Shown: positions 36,266 through 43,954, counted from the first letter of the stretch. The stretch is DNA of 64,000 nucleotides from an uncultured Coriobacteriaceae bacterium (GCA_964388185.1 CAYLYJ010000001.1:25873-89872); one strand, 5' to 3'. The notes: generated by a model from the sequence alone, not told the origin. Numbers and translations: made by a program.

Positions 36266-36290
36266 GTGACAGGGGCCTGACCCCTGTCAC
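36266..36290 (-). repeat. REP-like 25-nt palindromic hairpin element
   Basis: Perfect copy; 3 nt from the stop codon of the 36294 ATPase gene. Confidence 0.9.
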
Positions 36291-36293
36291 GTT

Positions 36294-37553
36294 TTAGGGA
36301 GCGAGCGCGGCAAGCGGAACAACGAGAACGCCGTCTTCGCGCTGGTAGGCAGCCGACGTCGCGGTAAGTACCATCAGGAACGAAGGGGCTCCCTCAGATT
36401 CCCGATCCACTCTCTCCGCAAGCTTTCTCAGGTTCTTTGCCGCCTGGTCAATTTGCGCGTTCCCCATCTTGACTTCAACGGGAGCCCATCGTCCGTCTTC
36501 TAGCACGATTACCGCATCCGCCTCGAGCCCGGTCTTATCACGGTAGTGGCACACACGACCGCCCATCGCATCTGCGTAGACGCGCAGATCGCGTATACAT
36601 AGGGACTCGAATAATAGGCCGAAGGTGTTGAAATCACTCATGAGTGTAGTCGGAGATGCCCCGAGTATCGCGATCGCAACCGACGGATCGCAGAAGTGCC
36701 GTGTCGGGCTGGTCCGAACGGCGGTCTTCGACCTTAACCTCGGATTCCAGGCCTCCAGATCATCGATGACGAACGCACGAGCGAGGGCATCGACATAGTC
36801 GGAAACAGTAACCATAGATGGTGGCTCGCCTTGCATGTCGGCCCGGATGGTGGAAAGGGGTGCCTCGGTCGATATATTTCTCGCATATGAGCGCATGATG
36901 GCCCTGAGCCAGGTCGAGTTGCGCCTCGTACCCTCGAGCTCATCTATGTCAGCATCCATCATCTCGTCAACGTAGTTTTTCGCCTGGGCAAGAGCAATCT
37001 TCGAATCATGCTCGATTACCGCCTGAGGCCATCCGCCTCGGCAAAGGGCATACGCGATTCTGTCTATGTCGAATTCAACGAGGGACTCAATTTCGCTGTT
37101 GCTATCAAATAGTTTTCTGAGCGAGACTGCGCCGCTGGACTCTCCCGACTCATACAGGGACATTGTTCGCATGCGGAGGCGAGCGATGCGTCCCACGCCC
37201 GAGTGGACTGGCCGCTTCTTGGGTGTTGCGGAGCCCGTGAGGATATAGGCGCCCTTTTCCCTCGTCATGTCCACGTCGAATCTAACCGCATCCCACAGCT
37301 GCGGCGCCATTTGCCATTCGTCTATGAGTCGCGGCTTCGGTCCCTCTAGAATTGCCGATGGCTTAATATCGGCAAGGGCAAGAAGTGATTGACTCGTGTC
37401 GGGATCCTGGAGAAGGACCGTGCTTGCCGCCCTCTGACGGCCGGTTTCCGTCTTGCCGCACCATTTGGGTCCGGTTATCTGAACGGCGCCCGACGTGCGG
37501 AGCATCCAGTCGAGCGTTTGGTCTGCAACACGCGGGATATACTTCCAACTCAT
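36294..37553 (-). CDS. AAA+ ATPase of the COG1373 type (AAA_14-like N-domain plus DUF4143-like C-domain), 419 aa
   Basis: Start MSWKYIPRV at 37553, after AAGGAA. Walker A is GPKWCGKT and Walker B-like is RLIDEWQ. The C-terminal GLEADAVIVLEDGRWAPVEVKMG carries a D...E-V-K motif. Closest paralog is the 39430 gene. Confidence 0.85.
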   Translation of the reverse strand: MSWKYIPRVADQTLDWMLRTSGAVQITGPKWCGKTETGRQRAASTVLLQDPDTSQSLLALADIKPSAILEGPKPRLIDEWQMAPQLWDAVRFDVDMTREKGAYILTGSATPKKRPVHSGVGRIARLRMRTMSLYESGESSGAVSLRKLFDSNSEIESLVEFDIDRIAYALCRGGWPQAVIEHDSKIALAQAKNYVDEMMDADIDELEGTRRNSTWLRAIMRSYARNISTEAPLSTIRADMQGEPPSMVTVSDYVDALARAFVIDDLEAWNPRLRSKTAVRTSPTRHFCDPSVAIAILGASPTTLMSDFNTFGLLFESLCIRDLRVYADAMGGRVCHYRDKTGLEADAVIVLEDGRWAPVEVKMGNAQIDQAAKNLRKLAERVDRESEGAPSFLMVLTATSAAYQREDGVLVVPLAALAP

Positions 37554-37609
37554 CTGCGTTCCTTTGCTCCGAGCTTTATTACCTTGCATTTTAGCAGACA
37601 ACTTTGCTA

Positions 37610-37665
37610 GTTGGACCGTTTTGAGTTTATGAGTTGGACTGTTTTGAGTTTACAAGTTAGACGAT
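37610..37665. repeat. 2.4 copies of a 23-bp tandem repeat upstream of the ATPase gene, truncated by a REP
   Basis: gttggaccgttttgagtttatga / gttggactgttttgagtttacaa / gttagacgat, then the REP at 37666. Confidence 0.85.
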
Positions 37666-37819
37666 GTGACAGGGGCCTGACCCCTGTCACATTTTGAGGG
37701 CCTGTGAGTGCGCAATGGGGTCTCTATGAGGCGTCGGCTGCTTGCGGGCTTCTGAGGGCGTTCTGGGGCTCCTACAGCCATGTTGCGACGCAACGTGACA
37801 GGGGCCTGGCACCTGTCAC
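37666..37819 (-). repeat. Composite element E1: REP - 104-nt conserved spacer - REP
   Basis: REP 37666-37690 is perfect; REP 37795-37819 is the variant GTGACAGGGGCCTGGCACCTGTCAC. The spacer aligns almost base for base with those at 39305-39408 and 40862-40968, and contains TTCTGAGGGC twice. Confidence 0.85.
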
Positions 37820-37821
37820 GT

Positions 37822-39135
37822 TTAGAGGAAGGCGGCCATGTAGATGGGAAGGTACGTGATGGCGCCTTGTTCCTCGACATTTTGCGTATGCAAAACCACC
37901 GCGCCTTCGAGCTTATAGTTCTTCACTTCGAGCAGCGCATCGAGCGCGGCGTGCTTGTGGGAGGATGCCCCCGATTTGACCTCGATGGGCACAACGAGGG
38001 GGTCTTGAGCCTCGTCAACGAGGAAATCAACCTCGCCGACGCCGCGCTTTTTGTAGTAGTAGATGCGCTCGTGTCCGTGCGCGCGCAGCTCTTGCGCGAC
38101 GGCGTTCTCGAAGACGCTGCTGAGGTTCATGTCCGGGGCCTTCGCCAGGAGCCTCTCGACGTCTGTGGCCGGTAACGTGGAGAACAGGAGCCCAACATCA
38201 GACAAGTAGAGCTTGAAGTGGGAGGCCTCTTCGGAAAGCCCAAGCGGGAACGTGGCTTGTGTGCAACGTCGAGCGGGGATGACGACGCCGGCGTCCTCGA
38301 GCCAGTCGAAGTCCGAGGCAAGGCGCTCGAAACGTCCACCCTCGGTCGCGGCGCTCACGTTGAAGCGGCGGTTTTCCTTGTTCAGTTGCGATGGGATGGC
38401 ATCGTAGATCGTCTTCACCTGCCGTGCACGGGGCTTGCCTTCGATGTAGCGCGTGATGTCGGCACGATAGGTGCTTAGGATGCCCCTTTGTCGGGCGCGA
38501 ACACGCTGCGTGTCCTGCGTGTCGAGCAAAAGCTGCACGGGCTCGGGCATGCCGCCAATGAGGAGGTAGCGCATCCAGAGGTCGAGAAGCTTTTCGTGGA
38601 TGAAGTCGGGGACGGGCGCGCGCGACGCGAAGCATTCGCGTGAGGTGTTCCAGAGGGTCGCATCGAGTCCATGCGCCCAGCAGAACTCCTCGAAGTCGAG
38701 GGGGAACATCTCGAGGATGTCGATGGTTCCCACAGGGAGCGAGCGGAAATCATACGCCTCGATGCCGAGCATGGAGCCCGAATAGATGACGTCGAAGCGG
38801 CTGTCTTGCGCGAGGTAGCGCATCCACGTTATGGCGTCTGCGCAGCGCTGCACCTCGTCGAAGAAGAGGAGCGTCTTTCCTTCGGAGAGGGGTTGGGACG
38901 AGAGGGACGTTATGCGCAGGAGGAGGTCATCAAGATCCTGTGCGGCGCCGATTACCTCGATGGCACGTGGTTGCTCGACGAAGTCGATTTTCACGGTCGA
39001 GTCGTAATGCTCGCGACCGAATGCCTCGATGCTATAGGTTTTGCCGATTTGCCGCGCACCTGTCACGAGGAGGCCCTGGGTGGTTTTTGTAGTGCGCCAT
39101 GCCTCCATTTCTGCTTCGATTTTTCGCTTGAGCAT
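37822..39135 (-). CDS. AAA+ ATPase of the COG1373 type (AAA_14-like plus DUF4143-like), 437 aa
   Basis: Start MLKRKIEAEMEAW at 39135, after AAGGGAG. The 54 upstream codons in the track ORF run through repeats. Walker A is GARQIGKT and Walker B is LLFFDEVQ. The C-terminal GVGEVDFLV...VVPIEVKSG carries a D...E-V-K motif. Stop TAA lies 2 nt from the REP at 37819. Confidence 0.85.
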   Translation of the reverse strand: MLKRKIEAEMEAWRTTKTTQGLLVTGARQIGKTYSIEAFGREHYDSTVKIDFVEQPRAIEVIGAAQDLDDLLLRITSLSSQPLSEGKTLLFFDEVQRCADAITWMRYLAQDSRFDVIYSGSMLGIEAYDFRSLPVGTIDILEMFPLDFEEFCWAHGLDATLWNTSRECFASRAPVPDFIHEKLLDLWMRYLLIGGMPEPVQLLLDTQDTQRVRARQRGILSTYRADITRYIEGKPRARQVKTIYDAIPSQLNKENRRFNVSAATEGGRFERLASDFDWLEDAGVVIPARRCTQATFPLGLSEEASHFKLYLSDVGLLFSTLPATDVERLLAKAPDMNLSSVFENAVAQELRAHGHERIYYYKKRGVGEVDFLVDEAQDPLVVPIEVKSGASSHKHAALDALLEVKNYKLEGAVVLHTQNVEEQGAITYLPIYMAAFL

Positions 39136-39175
39136 GGCGTGCTCCCTTGGTTGGATATCGGGGTTTCTACTGGGG

Positions 39176-39203
39176 AATATAGGCTGGATTAGCAAAAATG
39201 CAA
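39176..39203 (-). promoter_or_regulatory. Sigma-70-like promoter candidate for the 39135 ATPase gene
   Basis: The minus strand reads TTGCAT (39203-39198), a 16-nt spacer, then TATATT (39181-39176). The -35 hexamer is part of the tandem repeat unit. Confidence 0.35.
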
Positions 39204-39263
39204 ACTGAAAACCAGTGATTTTGGCAAAAATGCAAAGTGAAAAGAGGCGATTTTGGCAAAAAT
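39189..39263. repeat. 2.4 copies of a 30-32-bp tandem repeat upstream of the ATPase gene, truncated by a half-REP
   Basis: ttagcaaaaatgcaaactgaaaaccagtga / ttttggcaaaaatgcaaagtgaaaagaggcga / ttttggcaaaaat, then the half-REP. Confidence 0.85.
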
Positions 39264-39433
39264 GTGACAGGGACCAAACGTGACAGGGACCTGGCACCTG
39301 TCACGTTCTGAGGGCTTGTGAGTGCGCAATGGGGTCTCTGGAGGCGTCGGCTGCTTGCAGGGTTTCTGAGGGCGTTCTGGAGCTTCTACGGCCATGTCGC
39401 GACGCGATGTGACAGGGGCCTGACCCCTGTCAC
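39264..39433 (-). repeat. Composite element E2: half-REP, REP - 104-nt conserved spacer - REP
   Basis: Half site GTGACAGGGACC (39264-39275), variant REP 39280-39304 and perfect REP 39409-39433. The TGA stop of the 39430 ATPase gene (39430-39432, minus strand) is the TGA of GTGACAGG. Confidence 0.85.
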
Positions 39434-40734
39434 GTTGTTAGCGTGCGAATCGGGATGACGTAGATCCCATCTTCCACGACGCGCACGTATTCTCCAATGC
39501 CAACTAGCACCGCCATGAATTCGGGAGCGCGCGTCCTCGCCCCTTGCTGTTCGCACAGCTTGTTTCTCAGACGCGTAAGGTTCTTCACCGCTTCGTTGAC
39601 TTTTGACTCGCTCGTCTTTATTTCGATTGCCGCCCATCGTCCATCGACGAGTTCGATGATCGCATCGACCTCGAGACCGGAATCATCGCGGTAGTAGCGT
39701 ATCGGAACGGGTCGAGCTAGTTCCATTGCCCGCGTGTATACGGCAAGGTCACGCATGCAGAGGTTCTCAAAGACGAGTCCAAACGTCTGCCAATCGGCAT
39801 AAAGGGATTCCGAAGACATGCCAAGGGCGGCAATGGCAAGCGACGGGTCAGCTAGATAGCGACGTGGCTTGACCTGCAGCCTCTTCTTCGATCGCGCCGC
39901 CGGTTCCCAGCCTGGGATTTCCGTCGACAGATAGATGCGATTGAGAAAACTAAGATACTCGCCAATCTGCCTATCACTCAGTTGTTCGCCTGTTGCCCCC
40001 AAGGCGTCTTCGCGAATGGTCCTGTAAGTTGCGGATTGTCCCAGGTTGCGAGCGATTGACGCAATGATACGCTCGGTGACAGATGAATCGAGGTCATTGT
40101 CAGGCGCACTCTCATAGCAAACCGCGGCAAGATATTCCCTCGCGATGGTCTGGGCGTTTGTCACTGGCATGTTAATTGCCTCTGGCCATCCGCCACGGCA
40201 AACAATGTCCACAAGCTCTTTTGTGTCCGACGGGGTTTTCTCTGTAGCTGGAGGACCATCAAAAAGCCCTGACAGGGAAACCGAACCCGTGGAATCTTGA
40301 GATTCCGAGAGCGTCATGGGAGCCATCCTGATACGCCCTATACGGCCTGCGCCGCTATGACGCTTGTCTGCTTGCGGTTGTCCCTTTCCATGCTGCGGCG
40401 GAGTCGATGATCCTGTAAGGATCCAGCCGCCGTGCAAGCCTCGTTCCTCGTCTGCGGCATGACGAACCAGATTCCATATAGAGGGGACGCGTTGCCACTC
40501 GTCTATGATATGCGGCTTTTCCCCAACCAACATGAGGGAAGGATCGTCCAGCGCAAGTGCGTATTCCTTGTCTACGTAGCTGATTGACGCCCCGTGTTGT
40601 CTGGCGGTCCACGTCTTGCCGCACCATTTGGTCCCCTCTATTTCGACGGCGCCGAAGATATCGAGGTAGCGCTCGAGCTGCGCGTCGACGATTCGCGGAA
40701 TGTACCCTTTTGGAGCTATAGGGGAGGGTTGCAT
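39430..40734 (-). CDS. AAA+ ATPase of the COG1373 type (AAA_14-like plus DUF4143-like), 434 aa
   Basis: Start MQPSPIAPKGYIPRIVD at 40734, 7 nt after AGGAG. Walker A is GTKWCGKT and Walker B-like is HIIDEWQ. The C-terminus reads GLEVDAIIELVDGRWAAIEIKTS. Confidence 0.85.
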   Translation of the reverse strand: MQPSPIAPKGYIPRIVDAQLERYLDIFGAVEIEGTKWCGKTWTARQHGASISYVDKEYALALDDPSLMLVGEKPHIIDEWQRVPSIWNLVRHAADEERGLHGGWILTGSSTPPQHGKGQPQADKRHSGAGRIGRIRMAPMTLSESQDSTGSVSLSGLFDGPPATEKTPSDTKELVDIVCRGGWPEAINMPVTNAQTIAREYLAAVCYESAPDNDLDSSVTERIIASIARNLGQSATYRTIREDALGATGEQLSDRQIGEYLSFLNRIYLSTEIPGWEPAARSKKRLQVKPRRYLADPSLAIAALGMSSESLYADWQTFGLVFENLCMRDLAVYTRAMELARPVPIRYYRDDSGLEVDAIIELVDGRWAAIEIKTSESKVNEAVKNLTRLRNKLCEQQGARTRAPEFMAVLVGIGEYVRVVEDGIYVIPIRTLTT

Positions 40735-40758
40735 AGCAAGGCTCCTACGTTGGAAAAT

Positions 40759-40818
40759 ACCAAAATCCGAGTCATATTTTACCAAAATCCGAATTCATTT
40801 TCGCAAAAATCCGAGAAT
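40759..40818. repeat. 2.7 copies of a 22-bp tandem repeat upstream of the ATPase gene, truncated by a half-REP
   Basis: accaaaatccgagtcatatttt / accaaaatccgaattcattttc / gcaaaaatccgagaat, then the half-REP. On the gene strand the units end in TGGTAAAAT and TGGTATTTT, which are extended -10-like. Confidence 0.85.
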
Positions 40819-40993
40819 GTGACAGGGACCGACGATGTGACAGGGGCCTGGCACCTGTCACGTTCTGAGGGCCTGTGAGTGCGCAATGGGGTCTCTCTGT
40901 GAGGCGCCGGCTGCTTGCAGGGCTTCTGAGGGCGTTCTGGAGTTTCTACGGCCATGTTGCGACGCGATGTGACAGGGGCCTGACCCTTGTCAC
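40819..40993 (-). repeat. Composite element E3: half-REP, REP - 107-nt conserved spacer - REP
   Basis: Half site GTGACAGGGACC (40819-40830), variant REP 40837-40861 and REP 40969-40993 (CCCTTGTCAC arm). Confidence 0.85.
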
Positions 40994-40998
40994 AATTT

Positions 40999-41049
40999 TT
41001 AGCAGACACTTTGCAAGTTGGACTGTTTTGAGTTTACGAGTTGGACGAT
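40999..41049. repeat. Orphan copy of the 5' region of the 37553 ATPase gene
   Basis: ttagcagacactttgcaagttggactgttttgagtttacgagttggacgat matches 37591-37665 (same leader plus the 23-bp repeat, one unit fewer). Here it has no gene attached, and a REP sits on each side. Confidence 0.8.
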
Positions 41050-41073
41050 GTGACAGGGGCTGACCCCTGTCAC
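41050..41073 (-). repeat. REP-like palindromic element (24 nt, 1-nt deletion in loop)
   Basis: GTGACAGGGG-CTGA-CCCCTGTCAC. Confidence 0.85.
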
Positions 41074-41191
41074 GTAGGCGGGGTTTGGTCGGAATATGCT
41101 TGGGCGGAAGTCGGATTTCGCCCGGTAAAACCCGGTGAATCCGCGGTTTCCATTCGGCGAAACTGTTAAATTTGCTTGTTACGATAGGCCG

Positions 41192-41473
41192 ATGAACGAC
41201 GAGTGCAACATATGGGCCGGCGGACGAGCGAACGTGCATGTGGTCAAGGCGGTGGGGTCTGGCGATCCCGTTTGGCGAGGCGAAGCTACGCAAATGAACG
41301 GCGTGAAGGAGGTAACCAGGCAAATACAAGAGGCGTTTGCCATGCTTGAGATTTGCTCTGCCAAACTTGGTGTGTATAATACATTGTATGGGACTGGTCC
41401 TGTGGACCCTGGTCCTACCTGCGGCGGGGATATTCCCCGCCATTCCTCTTTCATGAGGTGTCCTCTTGCCTGA
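41192..41473 (+). CDS. Hypothetical 93-aa ORF sharing its leader and first codons with the 32392 gene (possible remnant)
   Basis: Bases 41097-41220 align with 32297-32420, including TACGAT, 6 nt and the ATG at the same offset; the sequences then diverge. The stop overlaps the TTG start of the next ORF (cTTGCCTGA). I recognise no domain. Confidence 0.3.
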   Translation: MNDECNIWAGGRANVHVVKAVGSGDPVWRGEATQMNGVKEVTRQIQEAFAMLEICSAKLGVYNTLYGTGPVDPGPTCGGDIPRHSSFMRCPLA

Positions 41474-41810
41474 TCTCGGGATCTTTATAGACGAGTCAGG
41501 CGATGTCGGATCGAACTCCGATTTCTATATCGTCACGCTCGTTCTACATGATCAGTCGAGTTCAATTGGATCTCAAGTTACGAGATTCGAAAATGAGCTC
41601 TCCTACCTTGGGATACCCGCTAATTCGATTATTCATGCTGGTCCGATTGTGCGCAGAGAAGAAGCCTATAAATACATGACGCTCGAGCTGCTGCGATTGA
41701 AAGAACGGCGCGGGGTTGCGCTGAGCCGGTCGGAGCAGATTTTTTTCGAAAGCAAGAGACGTCTAAACAAGGTCTTTCTCAAAACGTTGCGAAAGATCTC
41801 GTTTCAATGA
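41466..41810 (+). CDS. DUF3800-like protein, short/truncated form (114 aa)
   Basis: TTG start after GAGG. The N-terminus LGIFIDESGDVGSNSDFYIVTLVLHD...IIHAGPIVRREEAYKYM matches the DUF3800 pattern (yIDESG ... H ...), but the ORF is about half the usual length. Upstream are TGTGTATAAT and a GGCGGGGA-tat-TCCCCGCC hairpin (41423-41441). Confidence 0.45.
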   Translation: MPDLGIFIDESGDVGSNSDFYIVTLVLHDQSSSIGSQVTRFENELSYLGIPANSIIHAGPIVRREEAYKYMTLELLRLKERRGVALSRSEQIFFESKRRLNKVFLKTLRKISFQ

Positions 41811-41837
41811 TTGACCTAAGAGTGCGAAACGCAGAAT

Positions 41838-41852
41838 GTGACAGGGGGCAGG
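41838..41852. repeat. Partial REP (left arm only)
   Basis: GTGACAGGGGGCAGG with no right arm; 11 nt from the higA stop. Confidence 0.6.
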
Positions 41853-41863
41853 ATCTGGCGCAA

Positions 41864-42157
41864 TTATGCGTTCTTCACGAGGGGTGTGACCTGCGGGAGC
41901 TTGGACGCGTCGAGTAGTTTGAGCTGGTAGGTTGCCTCGAGGTTGAGCCAGAACTCCGGGGTAGTGCCGAGCGCCTTGCTAAGCAGCCAGGCCATTTCAG
42001 GAGTGATGGCTCTGCGGCCGTGGACGATTTCAGATATCGCGGATTGCGGCTTGCCGATTGCCTTGGCCAGGCGGTATTGGCTGATGCCAAGGGGATCCAA
42101 GAACTCCTCGAGCAGGATTTCGCCTGGGCTCGAGATGACATCGCTAATGGTAGTCAC
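41864..42157 (-). CDS. higA: HigA-family antitoxin (XRE-type HTH), 97 aa
   Basis: The GTG start at 42157 overlaps the end of higB by 14 nt. The product VTTISDVISSPGEILLEEFLDPLGISQYRLAKAIGKPQSAISEIVHGRRAITPEMAWLLSKALGTTPEFWLNLEATYQL is the classic HigA antidote pattern. The 233-aa track ORF is a read-through artefact. Confidence 0.9.
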   Translation of the reverse strand: MTTISDVISSPGEILLEEFLDPLGISQYRLAKAIGKPQSAISEIVHGRRAITPEMAWLLSKALGTTPEFWLNLEATYQLKLLDASKLPQVTPLVKNA

Positions 42158-42428
42158 AGAACTCAACTCCCGTCGCCTCGCCGTTTTCCCATGTAAAGCA
42201 CAGGCGCCATTGGCTGTTGACTCGTATGCTATAACGCTCAAAACGGGTGCCCCTGAGCAGTTCAAGCCTGTTTCCCGGCGGAATACGCAGGTCAGCAATT
42301 GCGTGGGCGGCATCGAGCATTTGAAGCTTGCGGTAGAGCGTTTTGCGCAGCTCGGGCGGTACGCGTCTGGGGTGGGACAGCATGGGGGCGTTCCAGAACG
42401 CCTCGATGTCTTTGTCTGCAAATTGCAC
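42144..42428 (-). CDS. higB: HigB toxin (RelE/ParE superfamily, plasmid-maintenance killer type), 94 aa
   Basis: ...LPPELRKTLYRKLQMLDAAHAIADLRIPPGNRLELLRGTRFERYSIRVNSQWRLCFTWENGEATGVEFCDYH matches the HigB-like toxin consensus. GTG start at 42428, 5 nt after GGAG. Confidence 0.9.
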   Translation of the reverse strand: MQFADKDIEAFWNAPMLSHPRRVPPELRKTLYRKLQMLDAAHAIADLRIPPGNRLELLRGTRFERYSIRVNSQWRLCFTWENGEATGVEFCDYH

Positions 42429-42458
42429 GCTCGCTCCATTGTTACGTGGCGCAGGAAT

Positions 42459-42487
42459 ATACTACTGTCGCGCGGAAGTATTGTCAA
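42459..42487 (-). promoter_or_regulatory. Sigma-70-like promoter for higBA
   Basis: The minus strand reads TTGACA (42487-42482), a 17-nt spacer, then TAGTAT (42464-42459). The spacer contains GCGCGGAA (plus strand 42470-42477). Confidence 0.55.
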
Positions 42488-42497
42488 GAGACACGAT

Positions 42498-42522
42498 GTG
42501 ACAGGGGCCTGACCCCTGTCAC
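42498..42522 (-). repeat. REP-like 25-nt palindromic hairpin element
   Basis: Perfect copy with CGAT/ATCG flanks. Confidence 0.9.
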
Positions 42523-42615
42523 ATCGCCGGGGTGAGCGTTGTTGACGGCATGAATATCTCCTCATCTGGGCATACGAAAGACGTTCGGTGTTTTACACCC
42601 TTTTCACTTAGAAAT

Positions 42616-42640
42616 GTGACAGGGGCCTGACCCCTGTCAC
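42616..42640 (-). repeat. REP-like 25-nt palindromic hairpin element
   Basis: Perfect copy with AAAT/ATTT flanks. Confidence 0.9.
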
Positions 42641-42702
42641 ATTTTGAGTATGTAAAGTGGGGAGTGTGATATAGTTATATAAAGTAGTTGAGAGGATGAA
42701 AA

Positions 42703-43863
42703 ATGATTCATCGCGCGTTAAGCGAAACGCTGTTGGAGATGGCGGGGGAGTACCCCGTTGTCGTGCTCACGGGGGCGAAGCAAACGGGAAAATCGACGCT
42801 TGCGAAGTCCTCGTTTCCCGGGTATCGACACATCTCGCTAGAGGATCCGGACGAACGGGAGTTCGCGCGGGATGACCCGCGGGCGTTTCTCGCGCATTGC
42901 GGCACGCGGGTGATTCTGGACGAGGCTCAGTTGGCACCCGATCTGCTCGGCTTCATCTTGCAGGCCCTCGACGCCAGGTGCGAGCCGGGGATGTTCGTGC
43001 TGACGGTATCGGCAAACTCCCTGCTCATAAGGCATATTCTCGAGAAGAACGATGATCGAGTCGGCGTTTTGCAGCTGCTGCCACTGACGTGCGCGGAGGC
43101 GGCGCAGATACGCGTCGAGTCCGATTGGACGTGGATTCTCAAGGGCGGTTATCCACGCATATATGATTTCGATAGCCGGCCAGGCGAGTACTTTCCTCGG
43201 TATATTCGAACGTATTTGGAGCGTGAAGTGCACGCTGACCTTGGCGTTCGGGAGCTAGAAGCGTTCGAGCGGTTCATGCGGGCGTGCGCGGTGCGGATTG
43301 GGAGGCCGCTCAATATCAACGAGCTGGCGCGGGAGTGCGGGGTTAGCGCGAAGACGGCGCGGAGTTGGTTGCGTGCCTTGCAGCGCGGGCAAGTGGTGCG
43401 ACTGGTGCCGGCGTTTTGGGCGGCGATTGGCAAGCGGCTGACGCGGTCGCCGAAGCTGTACTTCTACGACACGGGGCTGGCATGCAATTTGCTCGGGATC
43501 GGGCGGGTTGACGAGGCTGAGCGTGGTGCGTACCGGGGCGTTTTGTTCGAGAATGCCGTGCTGGCGGAGCTGCTGAAGGCGCGAGCGAATACGGGGCGGC
43601 CAGCTAACGTGCAGTATATGCGGGACAGCAATGGGAGCGGTGTAGACTTTATCGTTACCGGGGACGATGGGGCGCTGACGCTGATTGAGGCTGAGGCGTC
43701 GTCGACATATAACGAGTGCTTCTTCAAGCAGCTCGAGAAGTTCGGGCCGCTATTGGGTGTGCCAGTCGAGTCGCGATATGTGGTGTTTGGTGGCGAGGAG
43801 CGGATGGAGGCTCCGGGCGGTCGCGTGCTCGGCCTGCGGCATGTGCACGAGCTCGTTGAGTAG
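42703..43863 (+). CDS. AAA+ ATPase of the COG1373 type (AAA_14-like plus DUF4143-like), 386 aa
   Basis: ATG at 42703 after GAGAGGA. Walker A is GAKQTGKS and Walker B is VILDEAQ. The C-terminal GSGVDFIVTGDDGALTLIEAEAS has E-A-E in place of E-x-K, so the nuclease-like motif is degenerate. Confidence 0.85.
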   Translation: MIHRALSETLLEMAGEYPVVVLTGAKQTGKSTLAKSSFPGYRHISLEDPDEREFARDDPRAFLAHCGTRVILDEAQLAPDLLGFILQALDARCEPGMFVLTVSANSLLIRHILEKNDDRVGVLQLLPLTCAEAAQIRVESDWTWILKGGYPRIYDFDSRPGEYFPRYIRTYLEREVHADLGVRELEAFERFMRACAVRIGRPLNINELARECGVSAKTARSWLRALQRGQVVRLVPAFWAAIGKRLTRSPKLYFYDTGLACNLLGIGRVDEAERGAYRGVLFENAVLAELLKARANTGRPANVQYMRDSNGSGVDFIVTGDDGALTLIEAEASSTYNECFFKQLEKFGPLLGVPVESRYVVFGGEERMEAPGGRVLGLRHVHELVE

Positions 43864-43954
43864 GGCTAAATGTGAGTGTGCAAAATGGATACTAAAGAAA
43901 ATGAATATATAGAGATAATAGATATGCAAAATGGCCATATTCTAAATATCAAAT

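Noticed and set aside
41864-42565. 233-aa track ORF covering higA and upstream sequence
   Set aside because: Only the last 97 codons (GTG at 42157) match HigA. The rest overlaps higB in another frame and crosses a REP.
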